Notes under the pieces: model-generated
Databases searched by the model: none
What the model was told of the DNA's origin: nothing
The model's input: the letters and a program-made list of their open reading frames with translations, nothing else
Assembly: GCA_964016885.1 (NCBI GenBank)
Contig: OZ024741.1
Location: 226,796,001 to 226,860,000, forward strand
DNA length: 64,000 nucleotides
DNA from: Eledone cirrhosa
Taxonomy: Eukaryota
Direction of reading: 5' to 3'
Translations under genes and position numbers: made by a program
Shown here: positions 25,075-37,842 of the stretch, piece after piece
How the letters are laid out: the number at the start of each line of letters is the position of its first letter
Numbering within the stretch: the stretch's first letter is position 1

Positions 25075-28000
25075 ATGACCTCACTCAGAATAGGCAGCAT
25101 AAATGCGCGTGGCTTGGGGTCGTCATGGAAGCAGGGTCACCTGCTCAACGACCTCAGGTCACTAAACATAGATGTAGTGGCCATCAGCGAGACCAGAATC
25201 TCCGAAGCACGGGCCTTCGCACCGATCTTCGGCGGCTACGTGTGTACGCATCTCCCAGCCGTCCTGGATCGGGTGGAGGAGTTGCTGTGCTTTTTCGGAG
25301 AGGTTTGGATCTCGCCATACGGGCCATCTTCCTGGACCCAGAGGGTAAGCTGGTGGTGCTGGACGTGACCAGCGGAGACGGGCAAGCTTTCAGGCTAGTG
25401 GCCGTCTATGCCCCGACAGGAGCAGGGCGGCCTGATTTCTTCCGGCGTCTGGAGACCTTTCTTGGAACGTCCCGCTCTTTAGTGTTAGTGGGCGACTGGA
25501 ACGGGATCTTAGATGCACGCTGGGACTGTGTGGGATTGGCGGATAGGGGTGGAGGGTGCAAGAGCCTCACCAACCTGCTCAGGCGTTTTGAACTGTCTGA
25601 CAGGTACCGATTGGATTTCCCGAATGTGCCAATGTGGACTTGGACAAACCGCATAGGGTCATCCAGATCATATCTAGATAGAGTATTTTGTAGGGAAATA
25701 GATAGGTCTAGCATAGGCTGTCCACAATTCAAGATAGTCAGCTACACGGACCACAAATTCGTGATCTGTGTGCTTGACTTAGATAGGCTTCATAGACGAG
25801 GACCCGGCTACTGGAAGCTAAACGCGTCCTTACCAGCGCGCAAGGCCTACAGAGACCGGATTAGCGAACTAGTTAAGCGGTTGTTGACGGGGGCCATCGT
25901 CAACAACAAGTGGTGGTTTGCTCTGAAAAGAGCGATTAGAATAGAATCGATTAGGTTTAGTAAGGCTTTAGCAATAGAGAAAAATAGAGCAGAGGGAGAA
26001 CTAGTTAGAAAATTAGACGAGGCGCTTAGCAAAGGCATTGCGACCGACGTGCTTGCGGCGAAATTGGCCCTTGACCAATTCTTCAATGCAAAGCACGAAG
26101 GCTGCGTTGTCAGAGCAAGGGTGCGTGCTCTCAGACACGAGGGGACGAAAGCCGTTCAATGGGCCCGAGTGGCGGAGGTGCGTCGTGGCAACAAAGCCAC
26201 GATCCGGTCTTTGGTGGACCACGACGGGCGCATGCTACTCGATCCCGGGCAAATGTGTGAAGCTTTTCAGCGACACTTCGCTCAGCTGTTCGGGGGCAGC
26301 GGTGGGCCGGGTAGAGGGATGGACTTTAGTGTCTACCTCGACGGACTGCCGCGGCTCTCGGCCACTGAGGCGAAGTGTTGCGAAAAGCCGATAACAGCCG
26401 CTGAAGTAAGGGAGGCAATGACTGGCTGCACAAGGGGTAAATCGCCTGGTTTGGATGGTCTGCCCTATGAACTTTACGTACAGATGCCAGACTTGTTCGG
26501 AGGCCTCTTGGCGGACGTCTACTGCAACTGGCAACAGAACGGGAGAATTCCCAGTTCTGTGAGCCGAGGAGCGGTGGCACTGCTGAGAAAGGATCCGAAC
26601 AAGGGGGATAACATAGAGAATTTCCGGCCCAATACTCTGCTAAACACAGAGTTCAAGATTTTGGCCAAGGTGCTAGCAAAGAGGTTGGCGCTTGTCGTTG
26701 GTGGTCTGGTGGGAGAGGCGCATCTATGCGCCATTCCCGACAGATCCATCCACGACAACCTCCACCTCATGCGATACATCATATAGAGGGTAGCTAAGGA
26801 ACCTGGCACGGGTGGGTCCTTGATCAATTTAGATCAGTCGAAAGCTTTCGATAGGGTCGACCATCGTTGCCTAGCGGCAGTCCTGAGGGCGGCTGGCTTT
26901 GGGCCCGTCTTCAGAGGCTGGATCGCTGCCATGCACAGCGACATCTGCTCTGTGGTGAGAGTGAACGGTCACCTGTCGGAACCGTTCAACATCATGCGCT
27001 CGGTCCGCCAAGGATGTCCCCTCTCGTCCCTCTTGTACGTATTGACTCTCGAGACATTACTGCACAAACTGGAGACGTTGAGGGGAGTCCCGCGCGAACT
27101 AGGATGCGGAAGATCCGTGTCAGCATATGCGGACGATGTCACCGTAGTGGTGTCGAACGCCAAACACATCGAGGCGATCGGCACTACACTAAGAGAATAC
27201 GAAGCGGTGACAGGAGCAATGATCAACCAGGAAAAGTCAGTGGGCCTGCAGCTCGGCACCTGGAGAGGCAGGTCCATGCCGTCCAACAGCGTCGTCGGAC
27301 GCTGAACGGACGGACCGGTTAAATTGCTCGGGGTCTGGTTCGGTCCGGACCTCCAGACGGACAAAACCTGGGACGAGGTGACGAGCAGGGTGGCTTCTCT
27401 CACCCAGAAATGGGCGGAGAGGAAGCTATCCCTGAAAGGTCGAGCGGAGGTGGCTAACGCGTACATCGCGTCTGTCATCTGCTACCGCCTGACCGTCGTA
27501 CCTTGTCCTAAGCCTCGCCTGACTGCGCTGGAGCGTTTGCTCTTTCGCTTTTTGTGGAAGGGACGTGCTCCGATGGTCAGGCGGTCCATCTGTTGTCAAC
27601 ACCCGCTACGTGGAGGGCTGGGCATGCCGTGGCTGATGATGCGCAGGCACGCGCTCAGGCTACGACATCTCCACCTCTTCCTCGACGGTGATCAGGTGTG
27701 GTCGCCGTTTGCTAGGCGCGTATTTCCCCAGCTCGTTTCCTTGACGGAGCTGCAGTCCTGGGTCAAGCGAAGACAGAGAGGGAGCGCCTGGAGACTGGAA
27801 TGTCTTCAGGCGCTCACAGCCCTCGACCAATCGGGCAATGTGATCGGTGGAAACTCCACCTCGGCGTTCTATAGAGGATTAGTGGAGGGGAAGAGCGACG
27901 ACGTACTTGGGGAAACTCTAGGCGTCGACGAAAATCAACTAGCCAATCTCTTCGGAAGAACTTTCGGGCCAGGGCCTATGGACAACTTCCAGAAATCACT

Positions 28001-28493
28001 GGCCTGGCAGTGCTACCGAGGAGCCTTGCCAGTTCGGGATAAACTCTACAGGCATGGAGGTGCCGTCAGCCGGGCATGTCCGAGATGCGCGCAGGGCGAC
28101 GAAACCGTCCTGCACGCACTCGTCCAGTGTCCGAAAATTGCTGACTTGTGGGTTTATGTCGAACACCTGCTGTCGCGTTTAGGACGGATCCGGCTATCAT
28201 CTGAGTCCATCGTGAGGATTGCCCCGCCCTCCTCCTTTAGCCGGGAAGGGCAGGCAGTTTTTATCTGTCTGGTGGCCATGGCGAAAGAGATAGTATGGTG
28301 GACACGTTTGAAAGGGCTGAAGACGAGCACTTACCTCTTCGGTGATGCTCTAATTGACTTTTTCAAATTTCATTTGAAAAGGAAAATCAGAGTAGAGAGG
28401 GAAGTGCTCTCTTCCCAGCATTTTGTTGAAAGATGGGTGAGAGAAGCAAGAATGGCCCGAGTGAATGGGCCTACTCTGAGTATATATCTGTAA
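25075..28493 (+). pseudogene. Tx1 ORF2 (APE-RT-CCHC), one frameshift (~25240) and two in-frame stops (26784, 27303)
   Basis: MTSLRIGSINARGL start; GKSPGLDG; KAFDRVDH; RQGCPLS; YADD; CPRC..HALVQC. Confidence 0.9.
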
Positions 28494-28743
28494 ATTAAAG
28501 GTGGAAAACTGGGAGAGGGCACTTGCCTTGGTGGTCAGGGTCATTGTGGCTTGTTACTGGGCTTTCTCCACAAATGTCCCTCCGAAGTCTCCCCCCTATT
28601 GGGGAATTTTTCATTGTTATTTTTTGTTACATCCTCTGTTTTTGTTTTTTTTACACGCAGAAATGCCCATTTGTACCGTCCTGCATTGTCCTGCACTGTC
28701 CTTAATGTCTACTTTATGTAAACCCTTGTGGTTAATAAAGAAA

Positions 28744-28790
<47 letters not shown>

Positions 28791-29487
28791 GTTATGTATA
28801 AAATCATTTGCTATAGAGGTACATCTTGAAGATGTTCCAATATTATTAAAATAATGGCATAGAGAAGAACTACCTCATTCTGCTTCATTGGCCTTTTCCA
28901 CTCCATTGATCGATTCCTGTTCCCATTGAACAGCGCAATTCCATCTCCGATGTCAAATCATAAATCAATTTTGGACATTGATTTTGTTTACCCTTCGCTG
29001 CATTTTCAGCTGCTTGGAGATGTTGATGTGGTTGATTAAAAATGTATCCATGTATAAGTATGTGTGTGTGTCAATGCGTGTATATACACGTCTTTACATG
29101 TGTGTGTGTATGTATGTGTATTGGTATGCCTGTGTGTATAATTGTGCGTGTGTATATGAGTGTGACTGAGTATGTTAAGTGTACGTGTACGTGAGTGTAC
29201 GTCAATATGTATACGTTTGTGTATCTAAGGCTAAAGTCTGTCTGAAGCCAGAGGCCTCATCTGGCCGGTGCTTATCCCGGTTTTATGGCGTGAAGCGACT
29301 GAGAGTACAAGACTTCCGGGATCTGTTTCCTTTAACTTCCATATTATTGTCTTTTTTTAAGAATAATTTTCCGATTGTTGGATTTAGAAGATGGTGAATT
29401 CAACGGAGAACTGAACGGGATTTCATTATTTTTTGCGACAATGAGGGCAATGGAGTGTATTATTCTTATGTACTTAATATTATACCA

Positions 29488-29708
29488 GGGTGGTGGATTG
29501 GCAGTATCAGTGGACGGTCGAACGCCATGCTTTGCAGCATAGAGTTACGGCCCTTCATGATCTGAGTTAAAATCCCACCGAGGTTAACTTTGCCTTTCAT
29601 CCTTACGGGGTCGTTAAAATAAAGTACCAGTCACGCACTGGGGTCGATCTAATCGACTTTCTCCTCCTCCAAAATTTCTGACTGTGTGCCTATATAAGAA
29701 ACCTTTAT
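29488..29708 (+). mobile_element. SINE (dominant family)
   Basis: Full head, core and tail motifs as at 7326. Confidence 0.85.
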
Positions 29709-30737
29709 TTTTGTGGCAATTCACTCTGTATTTCGCTGGTACACATACTTCTCATTCCAATATGCCTCTCTCTCTCTCTCTCTCTCCCTTCTTTCTCCCT
29801 CAGCCTCATTCTCTCTCTAGAAGTGTACTTTCACTCTATATGTTGTTCTACTTTGAGAACAAGGCCAGCAGTTTGAAGGGAAGGGGAATATCGATTAAAT
29901 CGATCTCAGTGTGTTACTGGTACTTTCTTTTATCGGCTTCAGCTGGATTTGAACTCTAAACGTATAAAGTTGTAACTAAAATCCACAAAGCATTTTGCCC
30001 GATGCTCTGTCGATACTAGCAACCCATCACTTTAATAGTGATTTCAAATTTAAGCAAATGGCCATTTAATTTATGGGGAGGCGAAAGACAATTACAATAG
30101 CAGCCATATTTCCTTCAAACAAACTCCTACCGGTTGGAAAGTAAACAAATATTTCATAAACACGTCAATTATACACAATTCCCAAAATAAGGCTGAAATG
30201 GCACGGCTGGAATGTCAATCAAACGAAAGGAAACATCAGCTAGTCAGATCAACTGTCGGACAATTCTCAAGAACAGCAAGGCTTTGAATATCCATACACA
30301 ATTGCAGCGACAAAAGTGATATGTAATAGGTGTCTATTTGTTCAACTTATTCTCTTTCTTTGTCTTTTTTCTGTAGAAAGACAGTTCATTACAACTTGTG
30401 TCAATGTTGTTGTTTAGCTTCTGACGCTAGGTGTGTTTTGAGGGAGATTTGCCTACTAATTTTAGCAGGTCGAATGACCATATTGAGTCTCTCTCGTCAG
30501 TTTTTTTTTATTTTTATTTTATTTATTTACTTATTTATTTTATTATCCATTATTGTATGCATGTTAACCATTGAGCAAGATATCCAGTCAGTAATTATTT
30601 GAACATGTTACTGGAGGCTTGAACTTGTTGGTTATGGTATTTTCTTTGTTATTTATCTGAACATTTTCTTCTGAAAGGTATACTTTGTTCCTTGTGTGCA
30701 GTCATTTATCCGTCATTATTCAGTTGCTGATAATGTA

Positions 30738-31950
30738 CAGAGCTGCTCAGTTCTTTTAATATCTTTTTAATTACTTTTTTCAAACCTGTCTTGATTAACA
30801 TATATTTTCAGAGAAATGACAACAAACAGCAAGCTAACTCAGAAAAGGAAAAAGAACCCTTTAATCGTTGCCTTAAATGTAGAGCATTAAGAAAGTATGA
30901 TGGTCGTTTGTTGTGAAAGTTCTCAAAGAGCTGGAAGCTGAAATCGGGGATTCTACAGCAGTAGCTAAACGTAAAATAACTGCTAAAGCTTCTAGTGCCA
31001 TTAAAAAAAGCACATTTAAATGAAAGGTGCAGACAATTGTTGATAAGAACCCTAACAAGTAAACAACCCCAACAACCCCAACAATGTGCTCAAGGTTTCA
31101 AGGAACACAATCGGAACAATTATTCATCAGGACCTTCGATACAAGTCATATGTAATGCGGAGAAGCCAAGTCATGTCTGCAAAGACAAAAATAATCATCT
31201 GATCCACGTAATACGTTTGTTGAGCAAGTTGAAAATCAAGAACTGGAGATGATTTTGGTTTTTCTCTGTTGAGAAAAACTTTGATCAAATGGTCAACCGA
31301 TAATATGACAGATGATTAAGCAGAGACACTAAAGACGTTCCAACAGTCACACCCACAACGTTTCTGGCAACTGTGATGATTTTGGCAACTGTGATGATCA
31401 TGCCTCCTCACTTCTTCCATCAGAGTTTAAGGTCCAATGCTGCTGACTATAGCGAATTGTTGTAGTGACTGAGAGGCCTTGGATAGAGAACATGAAAAAA
31501 GAACGACCGTAAACTTACCAACAAAACTCTGCGCCATCTTAAAAGGTCAAGATGATACAAGATTGGATGAGTAACAATCTCCAAATATACGTCATCTTAC
31601 ACATGTGACCTCCTAGTACACCAGATCTGAATCTGTCGCACAACAACTTATGGGACGTAGTGGAGAAGGGAGGCAATCAACGTGCCCATAACACTATGAA
31701 ATCTGTGAAGTCCGCCATAACTAGCATAATGTCCAAAACAGATAAAAATTATCTGGTTCGGGCATGTCGATGTTTCAGACCTCGTGTTGAAGTGACCACC
31801 GATGCTAACAGCGGATTCATTGGGTAAATGCATCAAGAAGAGTCTGAAGATTATTCATGCAAATCGATTCTCAAATAAAGCTTTTTTTCCATGACTTATG
31901 CGGCTTTTGAGAAATTCATGTAAATTCCCTCAAAGAACTGAGCAACCCTA
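30738..31950 (+). mobile_element. Degraded Tc1/mariner-superfamily DNA transposon with TIRs
   Basis: TA|CAGAGCTGCTCAGTTCTTT ... AAAGAACTGAGCAACCCT TIRs; relic peptides FWFFSVEKNFDQ, MPPHFF, PDLN..LWDVVE, RACRCFRPRVE. Confidence 0.75.
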
Positions 31951-32067
31951 TGTCTGGGTGTCTGCCCCGTAGAGAATAAATAGTAAATTAAATTGATAAA
32001 CTACAACCTTGTATCATTCGTATGTGTAAAATGTAGTTTTGACTTTTCATTACTTGTAATCCTTCTG

Positions 32068-32145
<78 letters not shown>

Positions 32146-32155
32146 GCACGCACAC

Positions 32156-32204
<49 letters not shown>

Positions 32205-32242
32205 AACACACGCACAAAAACAAATACACACACACATTGATC

Positions 32243-32273
<31 letters not shown>

Positions 32274-32309
32274 ATTTAACATCCATTTTTTCATAGTCTT
32301 CTCTGTACT

Positions 32310-32350
32310 AAATTCATACAAATGCCCTCAAAGAACTGAGCAGCCCTGTA
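32310..32350 (+). mobile_element. Orphan right TIR of the same mariner-like family
   Basis: AAATTCAT..CCCTCAAAGAACTGAGCAGCCCTG|TA matches 31912-31950. Confidence 0.7.
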
Positions 32351-32447
32351 TTTTAGGATATTGTTATACTTTGGGAAGTCATGCTGCCAGTATAAAAACA
32401 CACACACACCAATTTGCCTTCGGTTTTATTATTAGTCAGGTGACTAA

Positions 32448-32856
32448 GGCGGTAGATTGGCAGTATCGGTAGGGCATCGGGTAACATGCTTTGTAGCATA
32501 GAATTATGACCCTTTATGTTCTGAGTTCAAATCACGCCGAGGTTAACTTTGCCTTTCGTCCTTACGGGGTTGATAAAATAAATACCAGTAACACACTGGG
32601 GTCGATTTAGTCAACTTCCCCTCCCCAAAAAATTGTTGGCCTAGTGCCTAAAATCAGAAACCATTATTAGTGGATTGGCAGTATCGGTAGAGGGTCGGAC
32701 GCCATGCTTTCCAGCATAGTTACGTCCCTTTACGATCTGAGTTCAAATCCCGCCAAGGATGACTTTGCCTTTCATCCTTACGGCGTCGATAAAATAAAGT
32801 ACCAGTAATGCACTGGGTAATTGCTGGCCTTGTGCCTAAAGTAGAAACAATTATTA
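32448..32856 (+). mobile_element. Two tandem SINE copies (32448-32668, 32669-32856)
   Basis: Repeated GATTGGCAGTATCGGTAG head, core and AGAAAC.ATTATT tail. Confidence 0.85.
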
Positions 32857-33809
32857 GTCAGGTAACTAATCCATTCTTTGGTTATTTTAGCAACTGGATG
32901 TTTGTTTAGTTATCATATTTAATTGTCAACTCTCTTTCATGACACGTTCTGTGACCTTCTCACTGACTATTCTTGCTCATCTGTATCCTTATCGTTTTGA
33001 TGCGTGCGTTATTTATAGTGGCAGCCCGACCTCATTATACACAATCTCGCATCAAGAATCTTACAAATCAAATACAAAAACGAAATACTTCAAAATAATA
33101 AATATTCTTAATTAAATTTTGTCAAAGCAGTTCATGATGAGCCGAGATCGCAATGAGGAAATTCAGTTTTCGGTGAAGCCATTTCACTGAAGCTAATATT
33201 CACAAAGAGTGACCTGCTGTGTGTTAACAGAATGGTACTTCAGAAATATATAAGCAAGTAAAGCATGTACATCGTAACTTCTCATTCTGTCTTCCTATAA
33301 AATATAGGCCTTTGTGTTTAGTCGAAAAGAAATTATACTTGGGTGAATTTTAAAAGCAGTTATAAAACCAGTATCATGGTTAATCACACTTATTTGAATA
33401 TTTCAGTATCAGTTGCTGCAATACTCTATAATTCTCTTATCAGCCACAGCTGACATTTTTATGTAATCCCAATATCTCTAGAATCGTTAAGATCTTCTTG
33501 AATAAACTTTATCGTTTTCTTATGACGAGTTTGTTGCTTTGACGGCTTGTTTGAAAATGCACGCAATACACACTGGCTAAACAAGTTGAGTATAGGTAAT
33601 ATAAATTACCTCATTAAAATGGACGTAACATTGAAAAGCATCAGGTTAAATATATTCTAATATTTTGATACATTATTCTACGTTTCTGGGTTCAAATTTA
33701 GGGGATTTTATTGTTGCTGTGACAATTCCGTATTTTTCTCTATCCAGGACTACATATTTTAGTGTGTAGGCGGTGTTCTTTTATAATTTCACAAGTTTCA
33801 TTCTCCATA

Positions 33810-34525
33810 TTCTGTTTCATTTCGCTGACGATGAGAGTCTGCCAAGAGGTAGGTTTGTTTCTTAATGTTTCAAAAACTAAATTCATACATTTGAATACAT
33901 CCACTCTCAGTCGTTTACATGCTTCTGGTGTGTCACTCATCGCACTGGTTCACGTATTTAAATATCTGGGTGGTTATACTAACACTGAGCATAATATGAC
34001 TGCCAGAATTGGACAATCATGGAGTGCAATAAATTCACTACAAAAGGTCTGGAAAGTTCCCATCCCAAATCTACGACGTGCAAAGTCTTGAAAACTACTG
34101 TCAAAACCATCTTACAATATGGTTCAAAATTCTGAATGCTCAGCGCGGCTCGTTCAAGGAGACTTGATGGTTCCTAGACCAGGATGTTACGTATGGTGTT
34201 CAACATTTTGTGATAAAGTTCACACTACCAACAAAGTTCTTTATGGTGATCTGCCACAAGTTTCATCGCAAATTCGATCCAGTCACATGGCTCTTGCTGT
34301 CACGTTTCTGGCCATGATGAACCTGCAGGAAAATTGTTTTTCTGGTCACCAGATTCAAAGCGCCGAGTAGGACGTTCAAATATAACCATCCGGATTCTGT
34401 TGGTGAGGGACACTGGCCTCACTGAACGGGATCTTCTTGCTGCGATGGGAAATCGGGAAGTCTGAAACAAGAACTTTGTGCATGCTTCATCTTCGATGGA
34501 GGGGTGACTCAAGAAGAAAAAGAAG
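33810..34525 (+). pseudogene. Degraded RTE-group LINE 3' fragment
   Basis: VGLFLNVSKTKFI, FKYLGG, ARIGQSWSAINSLQKVWK; (AAG)-rich tail. Confidence 0.7.
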
Positions 34526-34535
34526 ATTTCGCTGA

Positions 34536-35066
34536 TGGTGGTAAATCAGCAGAATCGCTTGAGAGTGAGATGAAAGGCTTGGCGGGATTTTACGTTCTTC
34601 GTTCGAATCTCACCTTTCATCTTTCCGAAGCCGATACAATAAAATACCAGTTAAGTAATCGATTGTTCACGCCTATACCACCACCGCCGCCGCCACCACC
34701 GCCGCCACCGCCGCCACCGCCGCCACCACCACCAACACCACCAACACCACCGCCACCACCGCCAACACCACCAACACCATCACCACCGCCAGCACCACCA
34801 ACATCACCACCACCACCGCCACCACCGTCACCACCGCCAACACCACCAACACCACCACCACCAAATTGCTGATGTTGTGCCTAAATTAGAAACCATTGGC
34901 AGTATCAGTAGCGGGCCGGACGCCATGCTTTGTAGCATAGAGTTAAGCCCTTTACAGTCTGAGTTCAAATTCCGCCGAGGTTAACTTTGCCTTTCATCCT
35001 TACGGGGTCGATAAAATAAAGGACCAGTAATGCACTGGCTTTGTGCCAAAAAGTAGAAACAATTAT
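34536..35066 (+). mobile_element. SINE with an expanded (CCG/CCA)n insert (34678-34863), followed by a second SINE (34896-35066)
   Basis: SINE core before and TTGTGCCTAAATTAGAAACCATT tail after the trinucleotide tract. Confidence 0.7.
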
Positions 35067-35614
35067 TTCACTGGTTTCAGTCATTAAGCAGTGGACATGC
35101 TGGACATAGCCTTCAGTGTGTGATTTGAAAGAAGTTAGCTATTATTTCTAGCAGGTCAAATAACCTCATAGAGACATCTTTGTTAGTTTGCACCAAATTC
35201 TACCTTGTTCAGTTTTGACATTCACGTCACTTTCAGGCAAAACTAATTCAATGAAGTTGATTACATCATTCATTCCTCCCTTCAACAGTTTACACCGGTG
35301 AGCAATGAGGAAAATCAATATTTAATTTAGCCTCAATTAATTTAATGGTTTGTCTGTCACTTGTTGCAAATAGTTTTATGAAATAGTCATTCTCGAAATA
35401 TAGAGACGCATTATCAGGTTGTTTTTTGTTGTTGTTTTTTGTTGTTGTTTTTTTTTTTGCATCATTGTCGTGGCCGTGAGGGTCACCTAAGGGACACAGG
35501 GATCACATATGTGTTGTCTCAGGGCTACACACGACAACTAATTGCTCACATTACAACTATTATTTTTAATTTTATATTACAAAGATAAAACATTCTCACA
35601 CTATAAAAACCTTT

Positions 35615-35684
35615 GTTCGGGCAGGAGGTGTGCTTGTAAAGGGCTGCATGCGGCCCGCCGGCCGCATGTTTCGTGCCTGGTCTA
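35615..35684 (+). mobile_element. hAT-like MITE 3' end relic
   Basis: GGGCTGCATGCGGCCCGCCGGCCGCATGTTT subterminal palindrome typical of Charlie-like hATs. Confidence 0.4.
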
Positions 35685-35828
35685 GCTGATTGCAATTTTG
35701 AGTTAGTGAAAGCTAAGTGAAGGGAGGGATTCGAACACAGACCTTAGAAATTCGTAACTAAATACTGCAAAGGATTTTGTCCGATGATCTACCGATCTAC
35801 CGCCGATCCACCGTCCCTCCTTCAGTAA

Positions 35829-35992
35829 ATAATTGTTTCTACTTTTGGCACAAGGTCAATTACTCCAGTACATTACTGGTACTTTATTTTATCGGCCCCG
35901 TAAGAATGATCGGCGGGATTTGAACTCAGAACGTAAAGGGTCATAACTCTATGCTGCAAAGCATGGGGTCTGACGCTTCACCGATACTGCCA
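35829..35992 (-). mobile_element. SINE (dominant family), internally deleted
   Basis: Reverse complement of SINE head and tail. Confidence 0.8.
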
Positions 35993-36517
35993 AAATGGCA
36001 TAGAGGCAGAAAGAAACAAGCCAACAGGGCAGCTTGTACGTATTCTCTTACTTTACTAGATTTTCTAGCGAAATTTGCCCTCAAGTTGCCCTCAAATTAT
36101 ACTCTATTAGCATTAAAAAAATTAAGATGTATTTCTAATAAGACAGAATGGTCACGGATGGAGTGCCATTGACCATACACCTCCTCAATCTGGATTGCAA
36201 TGCGGCTAAATAATCACAACAGCAAAACCTAATTCGACGCAAAAGAATCGATTCTTAGATATAGGCATTTTACTTTGAAATCACTTACCCCATTAAGCTT
36301 CTAAGAAAGGAATTCATTTATGTCATACATTCTTATATTCGTTCCCTGTTAGATCTGAGGTATTATGCCAACATAAAAAATCAATAAAAAGAGAATTTAT
36401 TGAAACTTTAAGTTGTTTAGCAATGACCTACACGCATACACATCTACACACACATACACGCTACACGCACCGCAGACTCCCGCATATGTATGTATGCATG
36501 TATATATATATATATAC

Positions 36518-36600
<83 letters not shown>

Positions 36601-36611
36601 ATATATATATA

Positions 36612-36678
<67 letters not shown>

Positions 36679-36714
36679 ATGTATGCATGTATATATATAT
36701 ATATATATACTGTG

Positions 36715-36795
<81 letters not shown>

Positions 36796-36800
36796 TTATT

Positions 36801-36863
<63 letters not shown>

Positions 36864-37045
36864 ATGCATGTATATAAATATGTGTGTGTCTATATAAACC
36901 AATATTTTCATGTTGCTAAGCACATTTATAGCATTTGTCACTGCAACATTCAGTTACGTTAATATATTTTGAAGAATAAACTTAATTTCTTTGCTTACAA
37001 TACAACTTAGCGCAGCTAGTAGTAGTAGTAGTAGTAGTAGTAGTT

Positions 37046-37085
<40 letters not shown>

Positions 37086-37094
37086 CCAGATCCG

Positions 37095-37730
37095 TCCACA
37101 CATCCATCCATACATACATGGTGGTGGCTGCCAACTCGTTTTCGAGTACGGCCACTACTTTATATCCATGTAGGAGAACCCCTACCGATGCGCTGAACGA
37201 GTGTGATTTTTTAGTCCAGCCAGCGACTTGAAAACTCTGGTACAAACACTACACTTGTGACAATTATTGACACATAGTGCTGGGCCCATGGTACCATGTG
37301 ATGACATGTGCAGAGAGATCTCCAGATATAAAGCAATGCCTGTGCCGTGAAACTTTTATAGTGAGCAAAGGCACTGCACAAAGCCAGTCCCACTCTCTTA
37401 ATCAAGATGATATTTACCAAAAAGAAGAACAAGTCAACATCATTGGATACCATCAGGGTTGCAGGTTTTATATCAGAGTTTTCCTTCTCCTAGAATTCTG
37501 CCTTGACAAAGGCTAAGGGGTCATCTCTCCCGGTGATTTTGGATGGCCATTGACTCTTAAGAGCTCCTTTGCCCTTTGACAGGTTTTGTTTTTAGTCCTG
37601 CAGGATGTCCAAAGTCACCCTCCACACCAAGAAACCTTGGTGGGGTTGCCAGTTTAGTTGCCAACGACCCGACCATGGGACAGGTTGTACTGGAATACAT
37701 GTTACCAGTAGCACCAACTGGTGACCTGAC
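37095..37730 (-). mobile_element. Short bipartite RTE-derived element (5' leader joined to the 3' end with a C2H2 relic) in (ATGT)n
   Basis: Minus strand: leader with GGAGAAGGAAAACTCTG, then CSVCTRVFKSLAGLKNHTRSAH* and an ATGTATGT tail; (ACAT)n at 37733-37842. Confidence 0.65.
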
Positions 37731-37761
37731 ATAAACATACATACATACATACATACATACA

Positions 37762-37795
<34 letters not shown>

Positions 37796-37842
37796 CATAC
37801 AAATATACATACATACATACATACATACATACATACATACAT

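Larger units (their letters stand above)
22726..28744 (+). mobile_element. Tx1/L1-clade LINE copy 2, apparently full length, flanked by (ATT)n on both sides
   Basis: ORF1 + ORF2 with APE, RT (YADD) and CCHC; AATAAA end; (ATT)n at 22686-22725 and 28746-28790. Confidence 0.93.

Noticed and set aside
34504-34872. Poly-proline (extensin/formin-like) ORF
   Set aside because: Reads through a SINE and a CCG/CCA tract
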